Assembly (NCBI GenBank): GCA_042564205.1
Contig: JBHPLN010000002.1
Coordinates: 48,454-112,453 of the forward strand
Direction of reading: 5' to 3'
DNA from: Fidelibacterota bacterium
GTDB taxonomy: Bacteria; Fidelibacterota; Marinisomatia; Marinisomatales; JAHJCW01
Length of the DNA stretch: 64,000 bases
The notes beneath the pieces are model-generated. The model saw nothing but the letters and a program-made list of their open reading frames with translations. It was not told the DNA's origin and searched no databases. A program made the translations under genes and the position numbers. This document shows, piece by piece, positions 49,034 through 58,120 of this stretch (the stretch's first letter is position 1; each line of letters opens with the position of its first letter).

Positions 49034-49075
49034 TATTTCTGATTGCAATAAATCTGAAGGGCAAATGTGGCTGGT
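49034..49075 (+). repeat. Intergenic repeat family, partial copy L (right half)
   Basis: tatttctgattgcaataaatctgaagggcaaatgtggctggt; compare copy D, cgccgattgcaatcaatcaaaagggggtgtgggggttgag. Confidence 0.45.
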
Positions 49076-49083
49076 AATAAGAC

Positions 49084-50097
49084 CTATTCAGTTGTTTTCT
49101 TAACTATTAATAACAATTCACTCCCCCCAAGTCCATCTTCATATTTTTTTAAAAAGGGTCTAAGGGCTATATATATTACATAAGTTAATATTTGGATTGT
49201 TTGTAAAAGGCAATTTTTCATAATTGTCAATAATGAAGTAATAAATGGTAGTTTAAACTTATGTAATCTGTTTATTAAGAAACCAAATAATCTATTCATC
49301 GTGTTACGATATATTATAAACGGTTTGAATAATTGAATATACTGGCCGTTCCAAGTATCTCGCGAAGTAGCTTTCACAATGTTTAAATTGGACGGCAATA
49401 TTTTGCTTATTGAATGAATTGAAAAACAAAATACATGTACTGATGGATCACCTAACCAATCCCACTTCCAGCCTCTTTTGCTTAACGCTTTAGAATGATA
49501 ATTTGGAACAGTAATAATACCGTATCCTCCCACTTTCAAATTTTTAGCCACAGCATTTAAGGATTTAACTGGATTAATCATATGTTCTAAAGTATGCCAC
49601 ATTGTAATGAAATTAAACTGAGAGTCAAAGTTTTGATAATCTTCAAATTTGCCATTTATAATAGAAATATTCTTTAACGAATAATCTGTAACCAGCTGTG
49701 AACCCATTATATCAATGCCGTATGCATTAAATCCCCGCATTTTAGATTCCTTCAGAAACCATCCATAACTGCAACCGACATCCAACAGTGTACCACGATT
49801 AAAATCGTCATTTAATTCTTTAAAGATAGATTTTAGTCTTCTAAAACGATGATATGCCTGCAATCGCTTAAGAAATCTATTTTCTTTAAAATATCTGTTA
49901 GCTGGGTAATGTAGGTATGTAGTAATAATATCATTAGCAGTGGGGATAGGGCGGCTAAACAGTACTTCACATTTAACACATTGACCGTATGTTCTTTCAG
50001 TATCGTTTTCTTTTGATTGCCATATTTGTCCGGGATAAGCGAATTCGGCTCTTTCACTACAAATTGGACATTTGATTAGATCTGTATTACTTATCAT
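49084..50097 (-). CDS. Class I SAM-dependent methyltransferase with an N-terminal zinc ribbon
   Basis: CPICSERAEF...CVKCEVLF, then motif I LLDVGCSYGWFL. The C-terminus is hydrophobic. Confidence 0.75.
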   Translation of the reverse strand: MISNTDLIKCPICSERAEFAYPGQIWQSKENDTERTYGQCVKCEVLFSRPIPTANDIITTYLHYPANRYFKENRFLKRLQAYHRFRRLKSIFKELNDDFNRGTLLDVGCSYGWFLKESKMRGFNAYGIDIMGSQLVTDYSLKNISIINGKFEDYQNFDSQFNFITMWHTLEHMINPVKSLNAVAKNLKVGGYGIITVPNYHSKALSKRGWKWDWLGDPSVHVFCFSIHSISKILPSNLNIVKATSRDTWNGQYIQLFKPFIIYRNTMNRLFGFLINRLHKFKLPFITSLLTIMKNCLLQTIQILTYVIYIALRPFLKKYEDGLGGSELLLIVKKTTE

Positions 50098-50176
50098 AAC
50101 CAGTTAACTGTTGTTTGAAGTATAATTAATTAATCCAACTATAAAAACAATAATATCAATACCCTATAGGGTCTTA

Positions 50177-50275
50177 TTATCCATTTTGCCTTTTCGCAGG
50201 AACTTTTTCAACAGGTTGCTCCCATAGTTCAATTTTATTCCCATCAGGATCTAGGATGTGTACAATCTTTGTTTT
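50177..50275 (-). pseudogene. Remnant of the C-terminus of a VOC/glyoxalase-family gene
   Basis: The minus-strand translation KTKIVHILDPDGNKIELWEQPVEKVPAKRQNG* carries the typical VOC C-terminal DPDGNxIEL motif. An in-frame stop lies immediately upstream and no N-terminal part is present. Confidence 0.4.
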
Positions 50276-50488
50276 TCATCTTTATTCATTTGAAACCTCA
50301 GTTATTAATTAAGGTTAATGGTAGTGATCTAATAAACTAACATAATTTATAAGACAATTAATGATTCTACATAACAGAACTCCACAATGGATATAATTAA
50401 ATTTCTAATAATTACTGATTAAATATCAATTCAATCCAATTACAAATTATTTGTATTTAATTTAATAGCGAAATAATTGCGAGGATAA

Positions 50489-51700
50489 GTGCGGCACATT
50501 TATATATTCCTTTTCATGGTGCTTTCCATTTCAGCACAAACAAGAGTTGCATGTATTGGGCATAGTAATACTGAAGGGGCCGGCCTACCACTAGAGTCAA
50601 CTTACCCTTACTTACTTGAACAATATCTTGGTTTTGGATACGACGTACAAAATTTTGGTTATGGCGGTTCGCATGTCACTAGCAATGTATCTGGACAAGA
50701 TTACTATTTGTCAGAACAACACCAAAACTCTATCAATTGGAATCCTGATATCGTTGTCGCAATGCTTGGTGCTAATGACGTAGCAAATATATGGCAATCA
50801 GTGAAAGATATATTTATTAGTGAGTATTCAAAAGTTTTAGATGTATATGAACCGAACACTAAGTTTTATATTGTATTTCCTCCTCCCAACTTACATAGAC
50901 CAGATTATAATTATAATATGCAAGAAGCGATTAGAATGATGCGCGATATTGCAGCTGTTTATGATGCAGTCACGATTAATGTGTTTTCTGGGATAAGTTG
51001 GAATGATGCGTTGTATATTGGTGACCATGTTCATTTAAACGAATTTGGAACGGATGAAATGGCTAAATTTATCGGGTATTACGTTAAACTGAATTCCCCC
51101 ATATTTGTACCCGCCGCTGTGCCACCAAACAATTTTTCTGGTTACTATAATCCAGACTCCAATAAGATATATTTAACATGGGATCGTGTTGAATATGCTA
51201 ATCATTATACTATTTACAGAGGAGTAAATGAGTATTGGGCACCGATTTATCTCGAACTTTCAGGTGATTATACTTCCGCTATAGACTCATCAATTTCACC
51301 CGGCAATACCTATATTTATGCAATTAGCTGCCTAGTCTGGGGACAAAGAAGTGAACGCTCTTCATTAATAATCATTGATACAGAGCCATTAGGCACTGGT
51401 GAGAACAATGATCTAAAACTCGAGAGATTCAGTTTATTCAATAATTTTCCTAATCCGTTTAATTCATTTACTACGATTGAATATTATCTGCCACAAAGCT
51501 CTGATGTAATTATTTCTATTTTTGATCTACATGGGAATATAGTTTATAATAACAAACACCTCAATCAGAGGATGGGGTTGAATAGTTTTAAATGGAATGG
51601 TATGGATAATTGGAATACGGTAGTCAGTGCTGGTATTTATTTTTACCAGATTAAAGGCGGTACGTTTTTTCAAACAAAAAAAATGATCCTGTTAAAGTAA
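50489..51700 (+). CDS. SGNH/GDSL-type hydrolase with an Fn3-like spacer and a T9SS C-terminal domain
   Basis: RVACIGHSNTEG (block I), GANDV (block III-like) and GDHVHLN (DxxH block V). The T9SS tail is FNNFPNPFNSFTTIEYYL...GIYFYQI. GTG start preceded by GAGGA. Confidence 0.7.
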   Translation: MRHIYIFLFMVLSISAQTRVACIGHSNTEGAGLPLESTYPYLLEQYLGFGYDVQNFGYGGSHVTSNVSGQDYYLSEQHQNSINWNPDIVVAMLGANDVANIWQSVKDIFISEYSKVLDVYEPNTKFYIVFPPPNLHRPDYNYNMQEAIRMMRDIAAVYDAVTINVFSGISWNDALYIGDHVHLNEFGTDEMAKFIGYYVKLNSPIFVPAAVPPNNFSGYYNPDSNKIYLTWDRVEYANHYTIYRGVNEYWAPIYLELSGDYTSAIDSSISPGNTYIYAISCLVWGQRSERSSLIIIDTEPLGTGENNDLKLERFSLFNNFPNPFNSFTTIEYYLPQSSDVIISIFDLHGNIVYNNKHLNQRMGLNSFKWNGMDNWNTVVSAGIYFYQIKGGTFFQTKKMILLK

Positions 51701-51774
51701 TAAGCCACTGCATGTTTTTTGTTAATTGATCACAATAATAAGGAAAGAGTTTTTATTACGTTTATTAAATGAGT

Positions 51775-54700
51775 TTATTTTATATATAACATTTTTTCTT
51801 TCAGCATCGTATCATTAATACGTAATTGATAAACATATATACCGCTTGAAATATTTTTTCCATTGTTGTCTTTTCCATCATAAGAAATCTCATGATAGCC
51901 AGACATTTGTTTCTCACTTATTAAAGTTTTAACTAATCCACCCCTTAAATCGAATATCTTAAGACTAATGTTATCAACAGCTGAATTAAAGAATGGTATT
52001 ATTGTATAGGTATTAAACGGATTTGGATAATTTTGATAAAGTCGAGAGCCAACACCGTCATTCTCAAATATTGACGATGACTTATTATTACTGCCAGGAC
52101 TTGGAGGTATAAAATATTTCCATTGGTCTATTCCACTTGGGACCCTACCATAGGAAACATTACTCCACTGTTGAGGAAAGGTTATTGAATCGATAAAAAC
52201 CGTGTCATCGCCAACTATTTGAATGATTCCTAATTGTTCACCTTCTTTTTGTAAAGAAAAATTGGCGTGATTTGATCCTTCATTAGTCTCACCGTCGCAC
52301 CATATCAGGCTGAATTGTTGAGGGAATATAGTATCTGATTTGGTATTTGATTTGGGGAATTTCCATTTTGTTAAATTAGAAAAGTTATCCGTTAAGTATA
52401 AGCTTGGCAACAAGATGGTGTCTTCACTTGCATTATATAGTTCAATCCAGTCATCATAATCACCTTTAGTATCTATATTGCTATCACGGTTATCTGCTAA
52501 CAACTCGTTAATAAACAACGATGAATGTAAAATTTCGGGTTTAAAGACTGCAGTTACAGAAATTTCATCATCAAGTATTACTGATATTGAATCAGATTCT
52601 GAATATAAATCGCCTTCCCAATGACTGAATGTGTAACCCACATTTGGTAATGCAACTAAATCGATTGGTAAACCAATAAAATAATTGCCGCTCCATGGAT
52701 AGGGGCTATCATCAACTCCATTAGTACTTTCATCAATAAAGATGGTATTGAGTTTTATAATTCCAGCGTTAGATGATCTGTTAACTGTAATAGTACTTAA
52801 ATCATCAAGGTCAAAATGGGATTTTATGTGAGCCATAATATATTTCGGTCGTTCGGAAGCAAAATTCCGTAAAAATGACGTATATTGTTTAAAATTACCT
52901 CTTGTTGGTACCCATCTATTGTTGTGCTCATCAAGGTATGGGTACAAGCCATTTAGTAACTTATTATGCAATGCTTGAATTATTTCTGGCTTGAAATCGG
53001 AGTTTAATCGATCCCTGAACCAATTTATGAATTTGAATTTAAAGGATTCATTATTAAACAAATGAACAAACACCTTATGCGGTCCACGGTTTTCAACGCC
53101 TCCATATAGAGTATGTTCAAACATGTCATATGGAATGTTATAAAAGGCCAAATCCATGTCAAATAGAATCCATTTCCATCGACCCCCGTCAGTTCTTGGC
53201 CTCCAATAACCTTCGTTTGAACCGGGCCAATCAAATCTTGAGAAATAAATGCTTGTTCCTACATAATCGATAAAATTTTCTACGTCAATCAATTTTTCTA
53301 TATACTGATAATTTTCAGTTAATGAAATATCATTATTGGATAAATAATCAAACATATTATTCCAATGTGTTTTATCACCTTCATCAACATCAGGTTGACT
53401 TGCTCCCCCACGGAGAATATCAACCCCCGGATTATTTCTATTAATTCCGTAATGCTCTTGGTAGTAATCTGGATCTTTATTGGCTTCACGAACTTCTTGT
53501 AAACCCCAATATTCACCGTTAATAAATACAATTACCGGATAATAATCTTGAAAATCTAACTGTGTTTTTGCGACGCTCAATTGACCTAATGCATCATTAA
53601 GCATTCCTTGATTCCAAGCGGTACCCCAGGCCCTAAGAAGAAAGCGACCGTGCTGTTTTATTTTATTTGCTCTTAATTCTGAATCCGAAAAAAGTGGATA
53701 ATCAATTACATCGATTCCATATTTCTTTCTAGCAATTATATATAACGCTTTTTGAGGGCAGGTTACACTTGTCCTACCTTGTATCCTAATATCACATTCT
53801 TGGTTAAATGCAGATTCCTTATTTTTTGTGAAATATTCAATGTTAGCTGGTTTTGTCCATTTAGAATTATAATTGCCCGATCCCATTACACCAGTATTCT
53901 TATCCCCGGGTACATAGATTCCAGTGGCATCATTAAATAAGTGTTTTTCGTCTGAGACTAGTGAAATAATGGGTATATCGATATAAAAATCACTAATCAT
54001 TGGATGAACGAAGTATGTGTTTGTAATTATATCGCTTGGAAGTTTATCAGTGTGATACGTTTTTGCTCTAATGACAGTTGCTTTAAAGACCTCTCCATTT
54101 GGCGGCCGCCAATTTATATGCCACGGGAAAGGATCTCGATTTGTGGGTATCTCCGAAAAATAATTTGGATCACCAGTCCTGTCTGCTACATAAATTGGAT
54201 TTTCATATAAGAACGAAGTTTGGTCGGGCTCAGATCCATCAATAGTATATCGTATTTCAGCTCCCGGTTCAGAGCTCAATACTAAGTGAATGTTTGATGA
54301 GAAAAATCCACTATGTTGGGAAAATTTCGGTGTTTCTGAAATGTTTAGTTCTGAATACCCAACTGTGCTATTTTGCCTATTCGGTGTCGGGCTTGAAAAA
54401 TATATCCATTTGTTTAAATCATTCGGCTTCCTGCCATAGGAAATATCAGGTTTTTGAATCGGATAAAATATGGTATCAACAACGTTACCATCGGCTGTGT
54501 AAATTCCAACGAATTCACCATCCGCATCCAGGTTAAAATTTGTATGGTTACCATTACTTTCGGCATCTGCCCACAGAATCAAATAATTCAATGGTTCAAT
54601 TACTAAATCTGTATTTATTATATATTTTTGGGGATTATTCGGATTGTCAGTCAAGGTATATCCATTGAGATTTATTGGATTGCCACTACTATTATATAAT

Positions 54701-54843
54701 TCTATCCAATCTGAAAAATTGCGGTATCCAGGACTATAGTTTACATGAGCGTTAGACGCTAACAATTCATTTATACGAAGCTCAGGAATTTGTGCAGTTA
54801 GATGAGCAAAAAAACAAATCGAAATAAAAAGGTGTTTTATCAT
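51775..54843 (-). CDS. CotH-kinase-family protein with LTDs and a T9SS tail (paralogue 3)
   Basis: LRINELLASNA...FSDWIELYNSS; EIRYTIDGSEPD; PQKALYIIARKKYG; INGEYWGLQEVREANKD; LFINELLADN...YDDWIELYNAS; YQNYPNPFNTYTIIPFF...GIYVYQL. Confidence 0.8.
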   Translation of the reverse strand: MIKHLFISICFFAHLTAQIPELRINELLASNAHVNYSPGYRNFSDWIELYNSSGNPINLNGYTLTDNPNNPQKYIINTDLVIEPLNYLILWADAESNGNHTNFNLDADGEFVGIYTADGNVVDTIFYPIQKPDISYGRKPNDLNKWIYFSSPTPNRQNSTVGYSELNISETPKFSQHSGFFSSNIHLVLSSEPGAEIRYTIDGSEPDQTSFLYENPIYVADRTGDPNYFSEIPTNRDPFPWHINWRPPNGEVFKATVIRAKTYHTDKLPSDIITNTYFVHPMISDFYIDIPIISLVSDEKHLFNDATGIYVPGDKNTGVMGSGNYNSKWTKPANIEYFTKNKESAFNQECDIRIQGRTSVTCPQKALYIIARKKYGIDVIDYPLFSDSELRANKIKQHGRFLLRAWGTAWNQGMLNDALGQLSVAKTQLDFQDYYPVIVFINGEYWGLQEVREANKDPDYYQEHYGINRNNPGVDILRGGASQPDVDEGDKTHWNNMFDYLSNNDISLTENYQYIEKLIDVENFIDYVGTSIYFSRFDWPGSNEGYWRPRTDGGRWKWILFDMDLAFYNIPYDMFEHTLYGGVENRGPHKVFVHLFNNESFKFKFINWFRDRLNSDFKPEIIQALHNKLLNGLYPYLDEHNNRWVPTRGNFKQYTSFLRNFASERPKYIMAHIKSHFDLDDLSTITVNRSSNAGIIKLNTIFIDESTNGVDDSPYPWSGNYFIGLPIDLVALPNVGYTFSHWEGDLYSESDSISVILDDEISVTAVFKPEILHSSLFINELLADNRDSNIDTKGDYDDWIELYNASEDTILLPSLYLTDNFSNLTKWKFPKSNTKSDTIFPQQFSLIWCDGETNEGSNHANFSLQKEGEQLGIIQIVGDDTVFIDSITFPQQWSNVSYGRVPSGIDQWKYFIPPSPGSNNKSSSIFENDGVGSRLYQNYPNPFNTYTIIPFFNSAVDNISLKIFDLRGGLVKTLISEKQMSGYHEISYDGKDNNGKNISSGIYVYQLRINDTMLKEKMLYIK

Positions 54844-54935
54844 ATAAGCTTTAATAATGACATGAAAATTATAAGTTCAATTATTCATATTGGAAACACT
54901 TAATATATAAATTATAAAGAAGAATCATTAATAAG

Positions 54936-54982
54936 TGAGCCCAAAGAGATTCGAATCTCGAACCAACGGATTATGAGTCTGC
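54936..54982 (-). pseudogene. Degenerate tRNA 3'-half-like fragment (CAU anticodon-loop-like, T-loop-like, acceptor-like)
   Basis: The minus strand reads GCAGA-CTCATAA-TCCGT..GAGATTCGAATCTC..TGGGCTCA. There is no matching 5' acceptor or D-arm, and the T-stem is non-canonical. Confidence 0.3.
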
Positions 54983-55033
54983 TAGATTTATAAAGATGAA
55001 AATTAATCTGTATCCATAATTGATGTTTTTACA

Positions 55034-55062
55034 CAATCAGAAGGGGGAGTGGGTTTGGGATG
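55034..55062 (+). repeat. Intergenic repeat family, partial copy J (G-rich half only)
   Basis: caatcagaagggggagtgggtttgggatg is nearly identical to the right half of copy F (caatcagaagggggagtggtgaatggggatg). Confidence 0.6.
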
Positions 55063-55132
55063 TAAATATCACTTTCACTGTATGGTTATACAATTATTTA
55101 TTAATTTGTGTCATTCTACAGTTCTATATCTG

Positions 55133-55900
55133 ATGATATCAAATTGGAAAATATTACTTCTGCTTATATTCGCTGTAGCAATACTATCTTGCAATCTGAA
55201 GAAAAATACTGATAACAATGAAAGTGACGATTATCCCTGCAATTTAAATATGGATAACTATGATTTCTCATTTGGAATTGACTATGATATACCTGAAAAA
55301 TACCTGATTCCTGGGGAACAGTCTGATTTAGAAGACACATATTTTGAAGAATTAAAAACATTATTTGATACACCTGAAAAAACCATTTCTACAATGATGA
55401 ATATATGCAACTGGTTTAATCATAACTTTTCTTTTTCTAACGCGGGTGGCAGTATGATAGGTAAAAAAACTGTTAATGAACTATATGAGACTAAAACATA
55501 TTACGGTTGTCATTCTGCAGCGCTCGTTATTTCAAGCATATTACGGGAATTTGGATTCCCTGCAGTGATGATTGAAACGGCTTCTATTGATTGGGCATAT
55601 GACTATAATGATAATCCTAATCTGGCTTTTGGAGGGCATGTAATGACTGAAGTATATGTCGAAGATAAATGGATTTTACTTGATAATAACTGTCAATACA
55701 TTGAAGACTACAGTTATTTGAATCCTTTTATTTCTACTGCTGGTAATAATCGCGGATTATTTGTTTACGCGAAAGGGATTGATACCTGGGATTATGGTGT
55801 TAGAGATGAATCGGATACACATAGTATGATGATAAATTTTGCGGATAATCTTGGATGCTTTGAAGAATATTTCAATACTGTGAATTATTATTGGGATTAA
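55133..55900 (+). CDS. Transglutaminase-like (Cys-His-Asp) lipoprotein
   Basis: The internal ATG gives MISNWKILLLLIFAVAILSC (lipobox). The putative triad is YYGCHSAAL, GGHVMTEVYV and LLDNN. The track GTG start at 55049 lies inside repeat copy J. Confidence 0.6.
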   Translation: MISNWKILLLLIFAVAILSCNLKKNTDNNESDDYPCNLNMDNYDFSFGIDYDIPEKYLIPGEQSDLEDTYFEELKTLFDTPEKTISTMMNICNWFNHNFSFSNAGGSMIGKKTVNELYETKTYYGCHSAALVISSILREFGFPAVMIETASIDWAYDYNDNPNLAFGGHVMTEVYVEDKWILLDNNCQYIEDYSYLNPFISTAGNNRGLFVYAKGIDTWDYGVRDESDTHSMMINFADNLGCFEEYFNTVNYYWD

Positions 55901-55920
55901 TTATTTCTATATTGTTACTA

Positions 55921-55953
55921 GCCAATTCATTTTTTTCAATGGTTTTGCTGATT
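55921..55953 (+). repeat. Intergenic repeat family, copy B (left half)
   Basis: gccaattcatttttttcaatggttttgctgatt, starting 21 nt after the stop codon at 55900. Confidence 0.55.
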
Positions 55954-56063
55954 AAATAATTCGATATGGTAAATCTAGTATATATCCTAAATTCATTCAG
56001 AGGTACGCACTAGCTGAACCAATAGATATGTGCGTAATTATTAATTATTAGGGAGGGGAATAT

Positions 56064-56432
56064 ATGTCACTCAAAACCGTATTTACTCTAAATGCAATAG
56101 TAGCAGGCTTCTTTGCAGTAATCTGTTTATTAATTCCAACTACAATGCTTTCTTGGTACGGACCTCATTCAACAGAAGCAGTAGTTATGATGACTCGCTA
56201 TTTTGGAGTAGGATTATTGGCATTGGCATTATTGACTTATTTTCTTAAAGATGCTGCGCTTAACAAGGATGTAAAATCAGTAATCTTGGCAATACTTATA
56301 AGCGATATTGTGGGGGTTATTGTTTCTCTTTGGGCAGTATATACGAAAGTAGTCAATAACATGGGTTGGTTAACAGTTATTATTTATGGATTCTTTTCGA
56401 TAGCTCTTTACTTACTATATAGGAAGAAATAG
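56064..56432 (+). CDS. Small 4-TM membrane protein (hypothetical)
   Basis: 122 aa with four hydrophobic helices. GGAGGGG lies upstream of the ATG. Confidence 0.5.
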   Translation: MSLKTVFTLNAIVAGFFAVICLLIPTTMLSWYGPHSTEAVVMMTRYFGVGLLALALLTYFLKDAALNKDVKSVILAILISDIVGVIVSLWAVYTKVVNNMGWLTVIIYGFFSIALYLLYRKK

Positions 56433-56463
56433 GAGTCGAATAAAAAAGCATATTGTTAAGATG

Positions 56464-56497
56464 GGGCAGATAAACAACTAATATTATTTATTTGCCC
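56464..56497 (+). terminator. Hairpin downstream of 56064..56432
   Basis: gggcagataaa-N12-tttatttgccc (11 bp, one G:T pair). No clear U-tract. Confidence 0.35.
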
Positions 56498-56530
56498 TGT
56501 CATATCACTAAATTGTAAAACGTACCTACT

Positions 56531-56585
56531 TTCCAATTCCGTTTTTTCAACGGTTTTTCTGATTTTAATTAGCCAGATGGGAGAT
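56531..56585 (+). repeat. Intergenic repeat family, copy C
   Basis: ttccaattccgttttttcaacggtttttctgattttaattagccagatgggagat, between convergent genes. Confidence 0.6.
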
Positions 56586-56612
56586 ATAGCTGAAAGAATT
56601 ATCTAAGGACAG

Positions 56613-57338
56613 TTATTGATGATAAGACTTCTTAAAGATTTGATGAACATAGTAACGTAATAAGGATATTTTTGGCATCCTAAACTTTAGATTATTTGAA
56701 ATTACTATTGCACATGGATCACATATTCCACAGGGATAGTTAAGTTTTGGGAAATGACAGAACCATGTCTTTAACAATAAATCATAAAAGCCGTGCTTTT
56801 GTGCAAAACTACCCATCTCGAGTTTGTTCATTTCCAAGAAGTAAAATTCTGCCTTTTGAAAAAGACGTAAATAAAACGGCTCTGGATTTTTCTTTAGACT
56901 TGCGAATTGACCATTATCCGTAAGCTGGGTAATTAAAGGTTGGTCAACGGGCAAATATCCAGTTATTGGTTTCTCCCATGTATACATTAATGCGGTATGT
57001 AATTCTTCTGCCCAAAGAGCGATAAATTTATACTGACTCCCAATATTGTAATATTTTACATATAGTCTATGCCATTCATTTATTTCATTGTTTTCTATTA
57101 CGTCCAAATCCGATTTGTAAATCATTGGTTTGATTAAATGCTGTAATTGAGGATATTTAATTCTAAACTCTGTAATAATGTCTGCCATTGCTCTTAATTC
57201 GTGCCCAGTAGATTCCCGTTTATGGTCCATTAAATAGTAGGGCTGAACAGAGATGTTTTTTATGATTACGCTGTATAGGAGTGTAAAGGTGGAATCCCAT
57301 CCGCCAGTCCAGAGCAAGTTAATTTGATTTCTGTTCAA
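56613..57338 (-). CDS. QueC-like PP-loop ATPase (7-cyano-7-deazaguanine synthase family-like)
   Basis: LLWTGGWDSTFTLL (SGGxDS-type PP-loop) and a C-terminal Cys cluster CHFPKLNYPCGICDPC. Apparent TTG start. Confidence 0.55.
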   Translation of the reverse strand: MNRNQINLLWTGGWDSTFTLLYSVIIKNISVQPYYLMDHKRESTGHELRAMADIITEFRIKYPQLQHLIKPMIYKSDLDVIENNEINEWHRLYVKYYNIGSQYKFIALWAEELHTALMYTWEKPITGYLPVDQPLITQLTDNGQFASLKKNPEPFYLRLFQKAEFYFLEMNKLEMGSFAQKHGFYDLLLKTWFCHFPKLNYPCGICDPCAIVISNNLKFRMPKISLLRYYVHQIFKKSYHQ

Positions 57339-57388
57339 AATTATCTACCTGAAAAAATTAATCAATAATTACGATTTAATACTTTAAG

Positions 57389-57453
57389 CAATCCCCTTTT
57401 TTCAACTTAATCGCCGATTGCAATCAATCAAAAGGGGGTGTGGGGGTTGAGTA
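57389..57453 (+). repeat. Intergenic repeat family, copy D (full length)
   Basis: caatccccttttttcaacttaatcgccgattgcaatcaatcaaaagggggtgtgggggttgagta. It ends 4 nt from the stop of 57458..57934. The left flank 57358-57391 is 30/34 identical to 57967-58000. Confidence 0.7.
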
Positions 57454-57457
57454 AGCG

Positions 57458-57934
57458 TTACTCTTGTTTCGACAGATTATAACCTAATTGTTCCATCCAA
57501 TCTAATCTATCATACGCAATCCACTCGTCAATCAGAATTCCTTCTTCCATATGTAATATGCTAATTCCATTGCTTCTGATTTGATTCTCACCATTATCGT
57601 TAAACTGAGTTGCGTTGAGAGACCATCGTATAGCAATAACATTGCTTGAATTAAAGTGTTCTTCTACGGTCAATGTGAAATTTGGGTATGCTTTTCGAGT
57701 TTGAGTAATATGTTCTTTGAATCCATTAATACCTAAAATGGATTCAGTTGAATGGACGTATTTAAGCTCAAAATCTTCCGATATTGTAGTCTCGATATTT
57801 GTGAAGTCTCCAGTATTCCACATATCGAGGTAATTTGTAAATAGCTTATCATAATTGTCTGAAGTATTCATATTGGAACAGCCTCCAACTGCTATTATTA
57901 TGATTAATAAGAAAATTGCAGATTTATTAGTCAT
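57458..57934 (-). CDS. SnoaL-like/NTF2-fold lipoprotein (ester-cyclase-like)
   Basis: Lipobox AVGGC. YLDMWNTGDF...HITQTRKAYPNF...EGILIDEW is the SnoaL-like pattern. Confidence 0.6.
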   Translation of the reverse strand: MTNKSAIFLLIIIIAVGGCSNMNTSDNYDKLFTNYLDMWNTGDFTNIETTISEDFELKYVHSTESILGINGFKEHITQTRKAYPNFTLTVEEHFNSSNVIAIRWSLNATQFNDNGENQIRSNGISILHMEEGILIDEWIAYDRLDWMEQLGYNLSKQE

Positions 57935-57995
57935 ACTATGTAATCCCTAAATAATTCAGAAAGAATTTAATCAATAATCACAATTTAATATTTTA

Positions 57996-58059
57996 ACCAA
58001 CCTCCTTTTTCAAACGAAATACCACTTTCAATCAAACGGAAGGGGCGTGAGGGTTAGGA
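57996..58059 (+). repeat. Intergenic repeat family, copy E (full length, diverged)
   Basis: accaacctcctttttcaaacgaaataccactttcaatcaaacggaaggggcgtgagggttagga. Confidence 0.65.
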
Positions 58060-58120
58060 AAGTGAATCTATTTATATTGTGATGCGGCTTTTTATGACAG
58101 GCGTACAGCGATAATGATTC

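Noticed and set aside
54936-55012. A possible intact tRNA-Met/Ile(CAU) gene on the minus strand.
   Set aside because: There is no 5' acceptor strand complementary to TGGGCTC and no D-arm. The T-arm is a 4-bp/6-nt palindrome rather than a 5-bp/7-nt arm. It is kept only as a fragment.
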